DNA of 64,000 nt from Asterias rubens (Eukaryota): the NCBI RefSeq assembly GCF_902459465.1, contig NC_047077.1:1054001-1118000 (forward strand), read 5' to 3'. The notes under the pieces are model-generated. The model saw nothing but the letters and a program-made list of their open reading frames with translations. It ran no database searches and was not told the DNA's origin. This document shows, in pieces, positions 26,512 through 37,535 of the stretch; position 1 is the first letter of the stretch; each line of letters opens with the position of its first letter. The position numbers and the translations under genes were made by a program.

Positions 26512-26900
26512 TGGACAATGGACACTCACATGGGTTGTACAGTGAATGTATGCCTAACTTGTACATGCACATCGATATTGGACATTGGACATTCACATAG
26601 GTTTGTACAGTGAATGTCTACCTTGTACATCGATATTGGACATTGGACATTCACATAGGTTTGTACAGTGAATGTCTACCTTGTACATCGATATTGGACA
26701 TTGGACATTGGACATAGGTTTATAAAGTGAATGTCTATCGTGTACATCGATATTGGACATTGGACATTCACATAGGTTTATAAAGTGAATGTCTATCGTG
26801 TACATCGATATTGGACATTGGACATTCACATAGGTTTATAAAATGAATGTCTATCGTGTACATCGATATTGGACATTGGACATTCAAGTATGTTTGTACA
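26512..26900. repeat. 58-bp minisatellite, about 6.5 copies
   Basis: GACATTGGACATTCACATAG recurs at 26581 and 26639 (period 58) and onward. Confidence 0.95.
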
Positions 26901-27092
26901 GTACTGTATAAACCTATGTGAAGTTTTTAATTCTAATGCAGATAAAAACATAATATTGAATTATTCGCTGTACAAACCTACGTAAATGTCCTTTGTCCAT
27001 TATCAAACTAACTGTGTATTGTCAATCACTGGGGTAACACTAAATTAAATGGAAATGATGCTGTACATTGCATTTCAATTGAGTCTGTTTCA

Positions 27093-27428
27093 TCAGCGTG
27101 GATCGAATTGAATTTCTTCAAATAAATCAGCCTGTGCAATCATGTCGGTTGAAAGAGGATGACAATTGGGGTGTCTGAAGTAGACATTCTCCCCATCCAT
27201 CAGGCCCTCTCTCATTCCTAAATATGAAGTAATTACGAAACAATTAGGAGGCAAATGAGCTGCCTCAACGTACATAGCACGATGTTTTGTTGTTGTTGAT
27301 GTAATGGACTCGCTGTACACACGTTCAGGTCACGTATTAATCTTCCATGACCAAGTTGGTCCCACTAGTATTGAGTTGTACGCGTGTGCGATCCTGTTTT
27401 TCAACTATTTTGGTTCAACCTCGTTCAT
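27093..27428 (-). pseudogene. Decayed reading frame of about 110 codons, unknown family
   Basis: MNEVEPK*LKNRIAHAYNSILVGPTWSWKINT*PERVY...FEEIQFDPR* in one frame, with 2 internal stops. Confidence 0.3.
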
Positions 27429-27469
27429 GGTAATGCACAATTGTATCACCCCCTTGACGGTTCGGGATC

Positions 27470-27718
27470 CCCCTTCTGGGTTCGGGATTACTTTTTCCGT
27501 CGGGATCCCTCTTCTCAATTCAGGATCCCCCTTTTCGGTTTGGGATCTCTTTTCTAATTTCGGGATCCCCTTTTTTGGTTCGGGATCCCCCTTCTCAATT
27601 CGGGATTCCCTTTCTCGGTTCGGGATCCCCCCTTCTCGGTTTCTCAGTTTGGGACCCCCTTTACGGTTCGGGATCCCTTTTCTCCGTTCGGGATCCCCCT
27701 TCTTGGTTCGGGATCCCA
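27470..27718. repeat. About 21-22-bp minisatellite (TTCGGGATCCCCCTTCTCGG)
   Basis: About 12 copies, each with a GGGATCCC palindrome; generates the spurious ORFs 27304-27804 and 27405-27722. Confidence 0.9.
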
Positions 27719-28172
27719 GCAAGAGGATGATGAGATGGTCGGACGAGCGGAATCATCGCGAACACGTGCTCCACCTCGCTAACCGAGCAAGCCATTTCAA
27801 TTGACCACACATGACTGATCTGACTTCGATCGCATCTCCGGGTAAACAACGCATCCCCGGTTGTTCAGTGCGTTACCCTCTGTCGCCCACGGCTGGGGGA
27901 CTTTTCATGTGTTCGGTACATGCTGTTTTGACATCTTCACATCTGTGCTGTCCATAAATCGCAAGCTGCTTGAAAAACGTGTTGATTGCAGTTGTACCCT
28001 TTGAAAGTTTTTATCTCATTGTCTTTAAAACAGTGTTTTCCTAAACCACTTACATACACGATGTTTTGTGTGATGACCTAAAGTAATTGGTGACAAAACA
28101 TGAATGATTTCTCTTGTATCTGGTACCTGGGCGTCATCCATCTAAAGCATGTAGACTTCTGCTGTTATTTCC

Positions 28173-28567
28173 TTAAAGGCAGTGGACACTATTGGTATTT
28201 ACTCAAAATAATTATTAGCATAGAACCTTTCTTGGTGACGAGTAATAGGGAGAGGTTGATGGTATAAAACATTGTGAGAAACGTCACCCTCTGAAGTGCC
28301 ATAGTTATCGAGAAATAAGTAATTTTCCACGAGTTTGATTTCGAGACCTCAGATTTAGAACTTGAGGTCTCGAAATCAACCATCTAAACGCACACACCTT
28401 CGTGTGACAAGGATGTTTTTTTCTTTCATTCATATCTCGCAAGTTCGATGACCGATTGAGCTCAAAATTTCACAGGTTCATTATTTTATGCATATGTTGA
28501 TGCATGTGTTGAGATACACCAACTGGAGGCTAGTCCTTGACAATTACCAATAGTGTCCACGGCCTTC
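28173..28567 (+). mobile_element. MITE family A
   Basis: Left TIR with TTAA; right TIR ...TAGTGTCCACGGCCTT lacks its TTAA. Confidence 0.95.
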
Positions 28568-28575
28568 TGGTCCTG

Positions 28576-28660
28576 GGCCGATTTCACAAAGATCTAAGAA
28601 CGATCTTAACTACAAATCAATCGTAGTTACTAAGTACAGTGTGATTTCACAATACAAATC
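28576..28660 (+). mobile_element. Harbinger-type MITE (family H2) left-end fragment
   Basis: CTG|GGCCGATTTCACAAAG matches the TIR of 43069-43198. Confidence 0.55.
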
Positions 28661-28729
28661 ACCTTGGTATAATATACCATTACTGACGATTTGTCTTGCG
28701 ATGAATTGTGTTTTGCTTTGAATGTGAAA

Positions 28730-28890
28730 TTGGGACCAGGTCTTCCCTGTGATATTGGCTATGATCGTCCAGGTATCATCCCTCCATCTGTTCTGTTGTC
28801 TACCTCTACTCCTACTCTGGGTTTGCCATTCTGTGATTCTAATATTGTCCATTTGTTGTCTGCCATCCTTACTACGTGACCTCCCTATAT
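28730..28890 (-). mobile_element. RTE-clade LINE ORF2 C-terminal fragment (frameshifted)
   Basis: GHVVRMADNKWT (frameshift) RITEWQTQSRSRGRQQNRWRDD...GKTWSQ matches the RTE C-terminal motif WAGHxxRxxDxRW...W.P..G.RxRGRxxxRWxD. Confidence 0.8.
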
Positions 28891-28924
28891 ATATATCCAT
28901 TTCATGTTGTTAACATGTTGGTAT

Positions 28925-29070
28925 CTGTTTCTTTTCTTGCATTATATTCTTACAACTTCGACGACCAAAATTGAGCCCAACTTTTGTACAGGCTGTTATG
29001 TTATGCATTTGTTGGGGCAAACCAAGTGGGGATACTGGTCTTCGACAGTTCCCGAAAGTAAACCATGCCT
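28925..29070 (+). mobile_element. MITE family A 3' fragment, very diverged
   Basis: CAACTTCGACGACCAAAATTGAGCCCAA...ATACTGGTCTTCGACA. Confidence 0.6.
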
Positions 29071-29305
29071 GCAAAATGAGAAGGAAACAAAATTGCATTT
29101 AAACCATCAAAGTATGCCTGAATAGATCTTTATCACGCTGTCGCCATCTTGGTCATGTTCCCTGATTTCATTAACAGCAATGAATGCTCGCATTCATTTC
29201 GCAAACATTGCACCAGACTATTGTTTCGTCCAGCCTCAGTCTGGTTACAATGAGTTGGAATGGAGTAAAGTCAAGATGACCACATCGTTAGGTATATTGC
29301 ACCAT

Positions 29306-29458
29306 ACGCCTCTCTTAATACTTATGCAGGACGTCATAATTCGTACCCAAATTGAGGCTATGGGCGCACGTCCCCCATCACTTGCAGTGACTGCGCCCAT
29401 CGCCTCGTTTTGGGTTAGCATTGTGACGTACCTCATGCATAAATATTAAGAAAGGCGT
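29306..29458. mobile_element. Palindromic mini-element (about 65-bp arms)
   Basis: ACGCCTCTCTTAATAC...GGGCGCA pairs with TGCGCCC...TATTAAGAAAGGCGT. Confidence 0.7.
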
Positions 29459-29885
29459 TTAGGCACTAAACTGTTTAATTACCTGATTCTGATTCATCTA
29501 ACGAACGTACTTCAAAGACAAGCACAGAACACTCATTCACATCAAGACATAAGACTGCTCTGCGCATAGGTTATTATTACAACATGTCCAGGGATGTGTT
29601 TTTTCTCTTCTCCTTTTTTCGAGCCCTCCACATAGGTCTAATTATTAATTGGATACCTGCCCAAGAATGTTAATATTTTCTAGCCTAATACACATCCCTC
29701 TGCCCTTGCATATCTGGAGAGGTTCCAACCCCCTTGAAACTGTACACCGGTAATTCCTTCGATGCCGATTGCAATTTAAACTCGTCCGCTTCATCACCGC
29801 ACTAATTTCAAAGTAATTGCTGTGTGATAACTCTGCATGAGTTGGTGCAGCTCAGATTAAGGCGTTTCAAAATCATGGGATTGTC

Positions 29886-30094
29886 NNNNNNNNNNNNNNN
29901 NNNNNNNNNNNNNNNNNNNNNNNNNNNNNNNNNNNNNNNNNNNNNNNNNNNNNNNNNNNNNNNNNNNNNNNNNNNNNNNNNNNNNNNNNNNNNNNNNNNN
30001 NNNNNNNNNNNNNNNNNNNNNNNNNNNNNNNNNNNNNNNNNNNNNNNNNNNNNNNNNNNNNNNNNNNNNNNNNNNNNNNNNNNNNNNNNNNNNN
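29886..30094. other. Assembly gap (209 N)
   Basis: Run of N. Confidence 1.
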
Positions 30095-30106
30095 TTGTTG
30101 TCATCG

Positions 30107-30138
<32 letters not shown>

Positions 30139-30300
30139 TTTTTTTTTGCTGCTGTTGTTGTTGTTGTTGTTGCCATCGTCGTCGTCATTGTTGTCGCTGT
30201 TGTTGATTTGTATTGTTGTTGTTGCTGCTGATATTGCCGTTGCTGTCGTCGTCGTCTTTGTCGACGTTGTTGTTGATGATTTGTGTGTGCTGTTATTGTT
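30095..30300. repeat. (TTG)n / (GTC)n microsatellite abutting the gap
   Basis: Direct trinucleotide repeats; source of the poly-L/poly-N ORFs. Confidence 0.95.
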
Positions 30301-30459
30301 CTAAACTTTGACACCTTATCACTACAATACTAGATCTGATTAGTTACTGATCTGTGTAGCATAATTCATACGTTTTGTACCTTGTATAGTAAAGTCGATA
30401 ATTGACAGTTTAAGTACTTCGAAAACTAATTGCTGTAGTTCCTCAATAATGCATAATAA

Positions 30460-30760
30460 TTGGTACCTCGAGAATTGATCTTATTATAGTACCTCGGTAT
30501 TTGGTAATCGGTGTTAGTGCCTTGACCATTGATCAGTATATAGTACGTTGAGAACGCATCATTTTAGAACACCGATAATTGATCGTTTTAGTACCTAATT
30601 AGGTATTTATTTATTTATTTGGTACCTTGAGATTCGATCAAAGTACCTAGAGGATTGATCAACTTAGTACCTTGAGAACTTATCTTTACGGAGTAACTTG
30701 AGAACTGATCGTTATTATTACCTCGATAATTGATTATTTTAATATTCGGGAATTGATCAT
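30460..30760. repeat. Degenerate tandem repeat (TAGTACCTTGAGAATTGATC)
   Basis: Motif recurs about 10 times at roughly 25-30-bp spacing. Confidence 0.7.
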
Positions 30761-31871
30761 ATTCAAAGTAGGAGTTAATAATGTGAACAATTTGAGTAAA
30801 CGTCTTGATCCAAGACTAGGCTTAAACTGGGTTTTCCTGACATTGAATGAAGTTCGATTGGGATTTTATTCTAAATGATAGCGTGTTCATATCCCATTAC
30901 AAAAAGAAAACCACACAATAAAGCACGATCCATCTTCATCTAAAAAGCCGTGAAATGGTGAGGGCTTTGGATTGAAACAGATGGACACAGGCTTGCATGA
31001 GGAATTGGGGTGTGAAAAAGGAAATTGACACTGTATAAATTGTACGCCAGAGGCACTTGCGTCTGTTTTCTTTATTTCTGTAGCTTCTGTCTGGCTTTCA
31101 ACTTTAAACTTTCCTTAATGCGGACGTAAGACTTAAAGGGAAGGTGTGCGTTTGTTAAATCACTCTTTAAATTAATACAGTTGGTTACAGGCCTACAGCA
31201 TATTTCGATATTTCGATATTTTGAGTATAATGCATTTTTAGATATGTCTCACAAGTAATGTAATAACATGAAAAACTAGATCAGTTATTTATGCCCCTTC
31301 ACAATCTGGCCCATCACTACGGAACGAACTCCCCCCCAAATCTCCGAAAAATCGCTACCTATTACAGCTTCGAAACCCATTGGAAAACTTATTTGTATGC
31401 TTAACTATGTAACTCTTTGCAATCTTGCTTCTGCATCTCTCCTGTGCCAGGGGTGTCTTTTAGACAGACATGGCGCATTAAAAATTGCCACTATTACTAT
31501 TATTAAATTACATGTATTATCATTTTAATCTGATGAGAAACGTTACTGCAGTAATACTTCTCATATTGTGTTTTCCTATTGGGGATTATTCTTCCGGCAT
31601 GGGCATTATTGCTGCAGATTCGGTGACATCTCAAAAACGCGACCACCTTTTGTAATGGAATGTTCACATGTTAGTTGTATTGTATGCATCTACATTTATA
31701 TTAGGTTAATTAAAACAATTGAACGGTATACCTCAAAACCAAATGCACACTTTGCCGTATGTGTCAAATCAACGGGCTGGTCACAGGGAACTCTTAGACT
31801 TTCGATGTGTCTATAGAAAAAAGAGGTATTGATTAGTTGAACGATGGTTGTATAATGATGACTCAATTATG

Positions 31872-32192
31872 TTAAAGACAGACACTGGACACTATTGGTA
31901 ATTACGCCAAATAATTATTAGCATAAAAACTTACTTGGTAAGGGAGTTTTGGAGTGGTTGGTGAGAAATGGCTCCCTCTGAAGTAAACGTAGTTTTTGAG
32001 AAAGAGGTAGTTTAGGCAAATGACACATCACATTTGTGGAACAAGGGTGTTTTTTCTTACATTGTGCTATTGCAACTTCGATGACCGATCGAGTCCACAT
32101 TTTCACCGAGTTGTTATTTTATGCATATGTTGGGAAACGCCAAGTGAGAATACTGGTCTTAGACAATTACCAAAGGTGTTAAGTGCCTTTAA
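31872..32192 (+). mobile_element. MITE family A, diverged
   Basis: TTAA ends, eroded TIRs, collinear body with deletions. Confidence 0.85.
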
Positions 32193-32343
32193 ACCACAAC
32201 ATCGTGGCTATGTGACCGCGCATTCTAATTACCCTTCAAATGTCACGGACAAAGAGCTATGATTTTCATCATACGACTCATTAAGCTCGAGTACGTGCAG
32301 CCGTAATGAGTCTTGTGTTGGTTAGTCTTAATTAAGACAAAGG

Positions 32344-32507
32344 TTAGGGATTCCTGTGGATGAATCCAGGCGGAAACGTGGGCAGCCTTGGGGGCTTCGT
32401 GATGTGGCGGATCCAAAGAAGCTGGAAGGATACCCGGAACCCCGGAACATATAAACGGGTTACATCTGGCATGGAAGGGCTTGACGTAAAGGTGTCCGTG
32501 GGGAAAG
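32344..32507 (-). CDS. Candidate terminal coding exon (-AFPTDTFTSSPSMPDVTRLYVPGF...FPPGFIHRNP*)
   Basis: Acceptor TTGTTGTTTTGTTCATAG|; GC-rich; C-ending codons; in phase with exon 35008-35066. Confidence 0.4.
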
Positions 32508-32629
32508 CTATGAACAAAACAACAACTCGAAACTATAGTTCAAATCAAAATAATTAATAATACATGACTGCAATCAATGCAGAAAGTGAGTTTACTTCTC
32601 TTTGACATGTACCATAAGTGTCACTGTCT

Positions 32630-33011
32630 TTAAAGACACTGGACACTATTGGCAATTGTCAAAGAACAGTCTTCCCAGTGTATCTCAACTTATGCATAAA
32701 ATAACAAACCTGTGAAATTTGAACTCAATTGGTCGTCAAATGTGCGAGATAATAATCAAAGAAAAACATCCTTGTCACCCCAAGTAGTGTGCTTTCAGAT
32801 GCTTGATTTCGAGACTTCATAATCTTGTTCTGAGGTCTCGAAATCAAATTCGTGGAAAATTAGTTCTTTCTCAAAAACTAATTTACTGCAGATGGAGCCG
32901 TTTCTCACACAATGTTTTATACCATCAACAACTCTCCATTACTCGTTACCAAGTAAGTTTTTATTCTAACAAATATTTTGAGTAAATACCAATAGTGTCT
33001 ACTGCCTTTAA
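32630..33011 (-). mobile_element. MITE family A, reverse orientation
   Basis: TTAA-AGACACTGGACAC...GTGTCTACTGCCT-TTAA with inverted body. Confidence 0.9.
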
Positions 33012-33016
33012 TGCAA

Positions 33017-33195
33017 ACTGCCCTAGCTGCGGGACAATCTCCCTGGTCTTGGTTAGACATCTGACCTAGAATGGCAAAGGTTATGGGTTCGAATCTCATC
33101 CGAGAATGTGCCTGTCAATGTTTTTCACATACAACAGGAAAGTACTGAGTATACACTGCTTTACTAACATCAATGTAAACAAAGCCAATTATAAG
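33017..33195 (+). mobile_element. tRNA-like repeat family S2, diverged
   Basis: GGTTCGAATCT B-box at 33086; collinear with 43442-43635. Confidence 0.7.
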
Positions 33196-33576
33196 AAGCT
33201 TACTTTCATTAAACCAACAATCTGTTAAATGTCTTGTTATATGATACGCGAAGTGATTTTCTTGTCGTTTTAGTGTCTCTGAAGTTTTAGTGGTGACCTT
33301 TGCCAAACATGTGCATTTAAATTGGATTTTAGCATGTTTGATTTTAAACAAACATGTGTGAAGCTGTTACAGTCGTTTGTCTTGTATGTGTACACAGGAC
33401 TAGTCAAGTTTTTTTTTGATGGATTTTGAAACCTGAGATTTTTCAATCCAGAGCTGAGGGGATTGTGTTGTTGTGATGAAGCCACTAGACGACTCATGGC
33501 TTTGACAAAAATACATTAAACAGTCGATTAAAGAGTTAACATCTCGATACCTCATGAGTGCGTTTAGTATGACGGT

Positions 33577-33937
33577 TTAAAGATGCTATGTCAGATTTTT
33601 TGGCCGATTTAAAATTCAAAAGGTATTTTGATGGGGGTCGAGAAAGTAACGAGCTTTCATCTGAGCCATCGATCGGAAAAGTCTGCCAATTACTAGTAGC
33701 AGTAAAATAAAGTGCTCAAAATTAGTTTTTGTCGGGATCCCGACAATATATCATGTGACCAATTCTTATGTGTTTTATAAGAAACGTTTTAAATTTGTGT
33801 CATGGTTCCTGAGCATTAAAAGTAAAAGTTAAACTTTTTTTTTTCATTAGAGCGGGTGATACTCTTTGAAATACCATTCACTCATTTTTTTTTTTTTTTT
33901 AATGTTTAGGGCCAAAAATCTTACATAGCATCTTTAA
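33577..33937. mobile_element. TTAA MITE (separate family), clean TIRs
   Basis: TTAA-AGATGCTATGTCAGATTTTTGGCC / GGCCAAAAATCTTACATAGCATCT-TTAA. Confidence 0.9.
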
Positions 33938-35007
33938 CATGACAAGCTTTCAAAACGATGTTTTGCACACAATGGTGTAGGGTTTTGCAGGAACGATTTC
34001 CTTTCTACTTATGTCTGATTTCCGATTTTTGTTTTTTGCTTGCGCGGCCGGCATCACTCAACCTGTGCCACAGAAGCTACATGTTGTTTGCTAGTTGGCA
34101 CGATGTGCGTAGGGACCTCTCATATAGGAGAACGGGACCTGAATCAAGTCTAACATGTGTGGAAAAGATACGGGCTCGGGGTCAACGCCCGTTATTCCAC
34201 TGACCGTCAAATCAATTTTAACTCATTAAAATGTACGTGCCTGAGTATAACCACAACACGAGTTATTAATATTGACTGCTTTTGCGAAGAGAAATTCCGG
34301 GGGGATCCGCGTAACAAACGTGGGCCTCATACTCAGAAATCGATCAAGATGGATCAAGCAATCGTTGGCCATAAATAGACAGAGAACTTTCAAAAGCTTT
34401 TATCAGACGTGTTAAGGCGTAGCTTGGCCGGTATCCTGCAGGGTCTTAGGGTGTCGATCATCGGGGCAGACTCCTCTGTAAACACACTCAACAGGGAGAA
34501 CAGTGATATCAAATTAATGAATTCACATGAATCAGAACAGACAAACAAAAACATAATGCCTGGATGGCACGTTTTGAATACAAAGCTTTGCTTAGCCGGA
34601 ACATGATGTCACACTACACCTGGAAGATAACGTCGTTCAAGCTGAGTCAGTCGACTCCTTCAAATCCCTCCTCAGTCGCAGTCTTCTCTCCTCCGAATAA
34701 ACAATCTACACGTACACCCCTCTCTCTCACCCGTTGTGCTTATGCCAGTTTTTTGTTTCTGCGACGTACATATACAGAATCTGATATACAGAGGTACGAG
34801 GCTCGTTAATTACGCCATGTATCAGCCTTGAGCGTACGTCCGAATCCCCACATATACACCTTTGACCTCGCGTCAATTTCACATGGAGAATCACAGTCAA
34901 ATCCTACATACATAAAAACAACCTGCCATGCATGCACATGAACATGTAAATTATACAAGCATAATGTGGATAATGACAGGGGCCAGTCTAAGCTTTGCTA
35001 TACTTAC

Positions 35008-35066
35008 CTGGCAGGGTGGATACACGAGGATCGAGGTTGAATCCAGGGACCATTTTCTCAGGATTT
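35008..35066 (-). CDS. Candidate exon (59 bp) with start codon at 35053 (MVPGFNLDPRVSTLP-)
   Basis: Acceptor TTCTTCTTCCTAG|, perfect donor CAG|GTAAGTAT, start context AAAATGG. Confidence 0.55.
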
Positions 35067-35194
35067 CTAGGAAGAAGAACATTTCATCCAGGCCCTGTTT
35101 TTAACAGGGTAGCGAAAATCACAAAGTACATAGTTCTGGACAATATCAGGTTTACATTTTGTCAGATTGTTAATTGTACTGAGAGTTTGATAAA

Positions 35195-36090
35195 GTCTTT
35201 GAAGCGGTGTTCGTTATTGCGATGTTCGTTATAGCGTGGTCGTCATTGCATTGTTGTTAGGCCTATGTGTTCGTTATTGCGTCGTTCGTTATGTGTGTTC
35301 GTTATAGCGGTGCTCGTTGTTCGTGTTCGCTATAGCGATGTTCGTTATTAGTGTTCGTAATTGCGGCGTTTGGATTAGTTGTGTTCTTGTTGTTGTTGTT
35401 GCGCTTTTAGTTAGGTGTGTTCGTTATTCTGTTCGTTATTGCGGTGTTCGTTCGTTATTTTTGTGTGTTATAGCGGTGCACGGATGTGCTGCGTTCGTTT
35501 AGTAGTGGTGTTCGTTACCACGGCGTTCGTTATTGGCGTTCGTTATTGCGGTGTTCGTTATTTGTTTAAAATTCCCGTGTTCGTTATTTGTTCGTTATTG
35601 CGTGTTCGTTATTGCGGTGTTCGTTATCGCAGTGTTTGTTGCGGTGTTCGTTATTGCGGCGTTTGGATTAGTTGTGTTCTTGTTGTTGTTGTTGCGCTTT
35701 TAGTTAGGTGTGTTCGTTATTCTGTTCGTTATTGCGGTGTTCGTTCGTTATTTTTGTGTGTTATAGCGGTGCACGGATGTGCTGCGTTCGTTTAGTAGTG
35801 GTGTTCGTTACCACGGCGTTCGTTATTGGCGTTCGTTATTGCGGTGTTCGTTATTTGTTTAAAATTCCCGTGTTCGTTATTTTTTCGTTATTGCGTGTTC
35901 GTTATTGCGGTGTTCGTTATCGCAGTGTTTGTTGCGGTGTTCGTTATTGCGGTGTTCGTTATTTGTTCGTTATTGCGGTGTTCGTTATTGCGGACTCGGT
36001 ATTGCTTGCTCGTTACAGCTGTAATCGTTATATCGGTGTCCGGTTTTGTTGTGTTCGTTATATCGGAGTTAGTGAATAGCGGCGTTCTAC
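35195..36090. repeat. About 15-bp minisatellite (GGTGTTCGTTATTGC) with a 293-bp higher-order duplication
   Basis: Unique spacers repeat exactly 293 bp apart (35365/35658; 35564/35857). Confidence 0.9.
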
Positions 36091-36314
36091 TGTTGTTATG
36101 AGCATCAACAATACTTAGCAGGAAACTAAGTTCACCAAGCAATTATCAATTAATATTAGTTATCAAGTAACTCTGGTGGAAAATTGGGTTCATCCACGGG
36201 GAGAGAAAGCCTTTACGAGGGGGCTGTGATTCAGGGTCCAACGTTGGCTGGAGGCGCCAGTAGAATGATAGGCCGTCAGCTGGGCCTACCCTCCCGGGAT
36301 TGAACAGTCGTGTG

Positions 36315-36327
36315 GTGGCCTAGCAAC
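36315..36327 (-). promoter_or_regulatory. RFX X-box-like site next to a CCAAT box and a YY1/Kozak-like AAATGGCG
   Basis: GTTGCTAGGCCAC (12/13 to GTTGCTAGGCAAC); possible donor GAGG|GTAGGC at 36289. Confidence 0.4.
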
Positions 36328-37210
36328 CACAGATTGGCTTCACAGCTCGCCATTTGCCAGTTGAATGAAAGGTGTCTGTCACCTAATGAAGTTAATAGAT
36401 TTGCACGGTTACCCCGGGTGTTGAGGGCTTTTAGCTGTTATTGGTCAAAATGAGGACCAATTACAAGGTGCACTCTAAATTTAGCTCAGGATGTTTGTCG
36501 TGCATTTATGATGGAAGATTTCATCGTCAATCGGTTTTGCCATCGGGGAATCTAAGTGGCAGAGATGCTTTGATGGTTCCTTTTGGGGGTTATTTCGTTC
36601 CACGTTCGTAAATGAAAATTACGTATGTCTGTTTTTGGTGGACCCATCAGTTGGCTCTCTAATTGGTCACTCTCTGTCTGTAGTGTTAGCCAGAAGGGTG
36701 TTTTAGACCATGCTTAGAAACCCTATTTTGACACCCTGTTGTACCTGTGAAAAAAAATTGACAGTCGTCGGGTTTTTGAATTCCCAGCAAATTTGGACAG
36801 CAAGTTTACCAAACCTTGGCTAACACCATGGCTGTCTGATTGACTACAGGCCGTTTGAATCTAAATCCTTACTGTTCTTGTATTTGACGATATAATTAAA
36901 AAATTTGCTATTTTTGATTTAATTAGATTTTGTTAATAGATTTAATCAGACTTGCGCTTTGCCACAATCATGGGTTAATTTAATCTGAAGTTAATTGTTT
37001 TCCTAATTAATTAAGTGGTGTAAATCATTTTATCTACTGGTGACATACAAGAGACATACCGATTTTGTGCAAACGGATGCGGGCATGATCTTGCCCCTTC
37101 CACCAAATCACCGACCCTGTTGATTGACACCCCTCTAGGACGTGTGTCATGGTCCAGCTTAGGATATCATGGTACAATGAGCGGGCCGGTGTGTAAACAA
37201 ATTATGTGGT

Positions 37211-37535
37211 TTAAGGCAAATGATATCTTTGGTTTTTGGACCATTCAATTAACTTTATTCAAATATAAATGTACATATATAAAATAAAACAAAAGGTGAT
37301 CGCGTTTGTATAGTTTATCCGAGCTGGAAGAATAATCCCTGATAGTAATACACACATGTTAGGGCATACAAACCATAGAGCTATATATAAACTGATACAT
37401 TTCGATGTTTCTCAAAATGCTTTATACTTTCGAACGCTACTGCAGGCTTCTAACCATTAGTTTTTATTCACATTAAATTATCAGAGTAATTACCAAACGT
37501 ATAAATTTATAATTATTAGTATACCTTCCCTTTAA
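37211..37535. mobile_element. TTAA MITE family B
   Basis: Right end TTACCAAACGTATA...GTATACCTTCCCT-TTAA; degenerate left TIR. Confidence 0.65.

Noticed and set aside
26512-26900. CRISPR-like appearance of this and other arrays (27470, 48780, 57978, 61790)
   Set aside because: Units are contiguous with no unique spacers, there are no cas genes, and the context is eukaryotic; these are minisatellites
27304-27804. 166-aa ORF (longest non-gap ORF) and its antisense partner
   Set aside because: Produced by translating the GGGATCCC minisatellite
29808-30314. Poly-Q/T/N and poly-L ORFs
   Set aside because: They span the N gap and the TTG microsatellite
34390-34475. Alternative terminal exon (EESAPMIDTLRPCRIPAKLRLNTSDKSF*) for exon 35008
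   Set aside because: Phase-compatible, but the acceptor is weaker and there is no motif support; kept only as an alternative to 32507
35317-36142. Cys/Val-rich ORFs
   Set aside because: Translations of the 15-bp array
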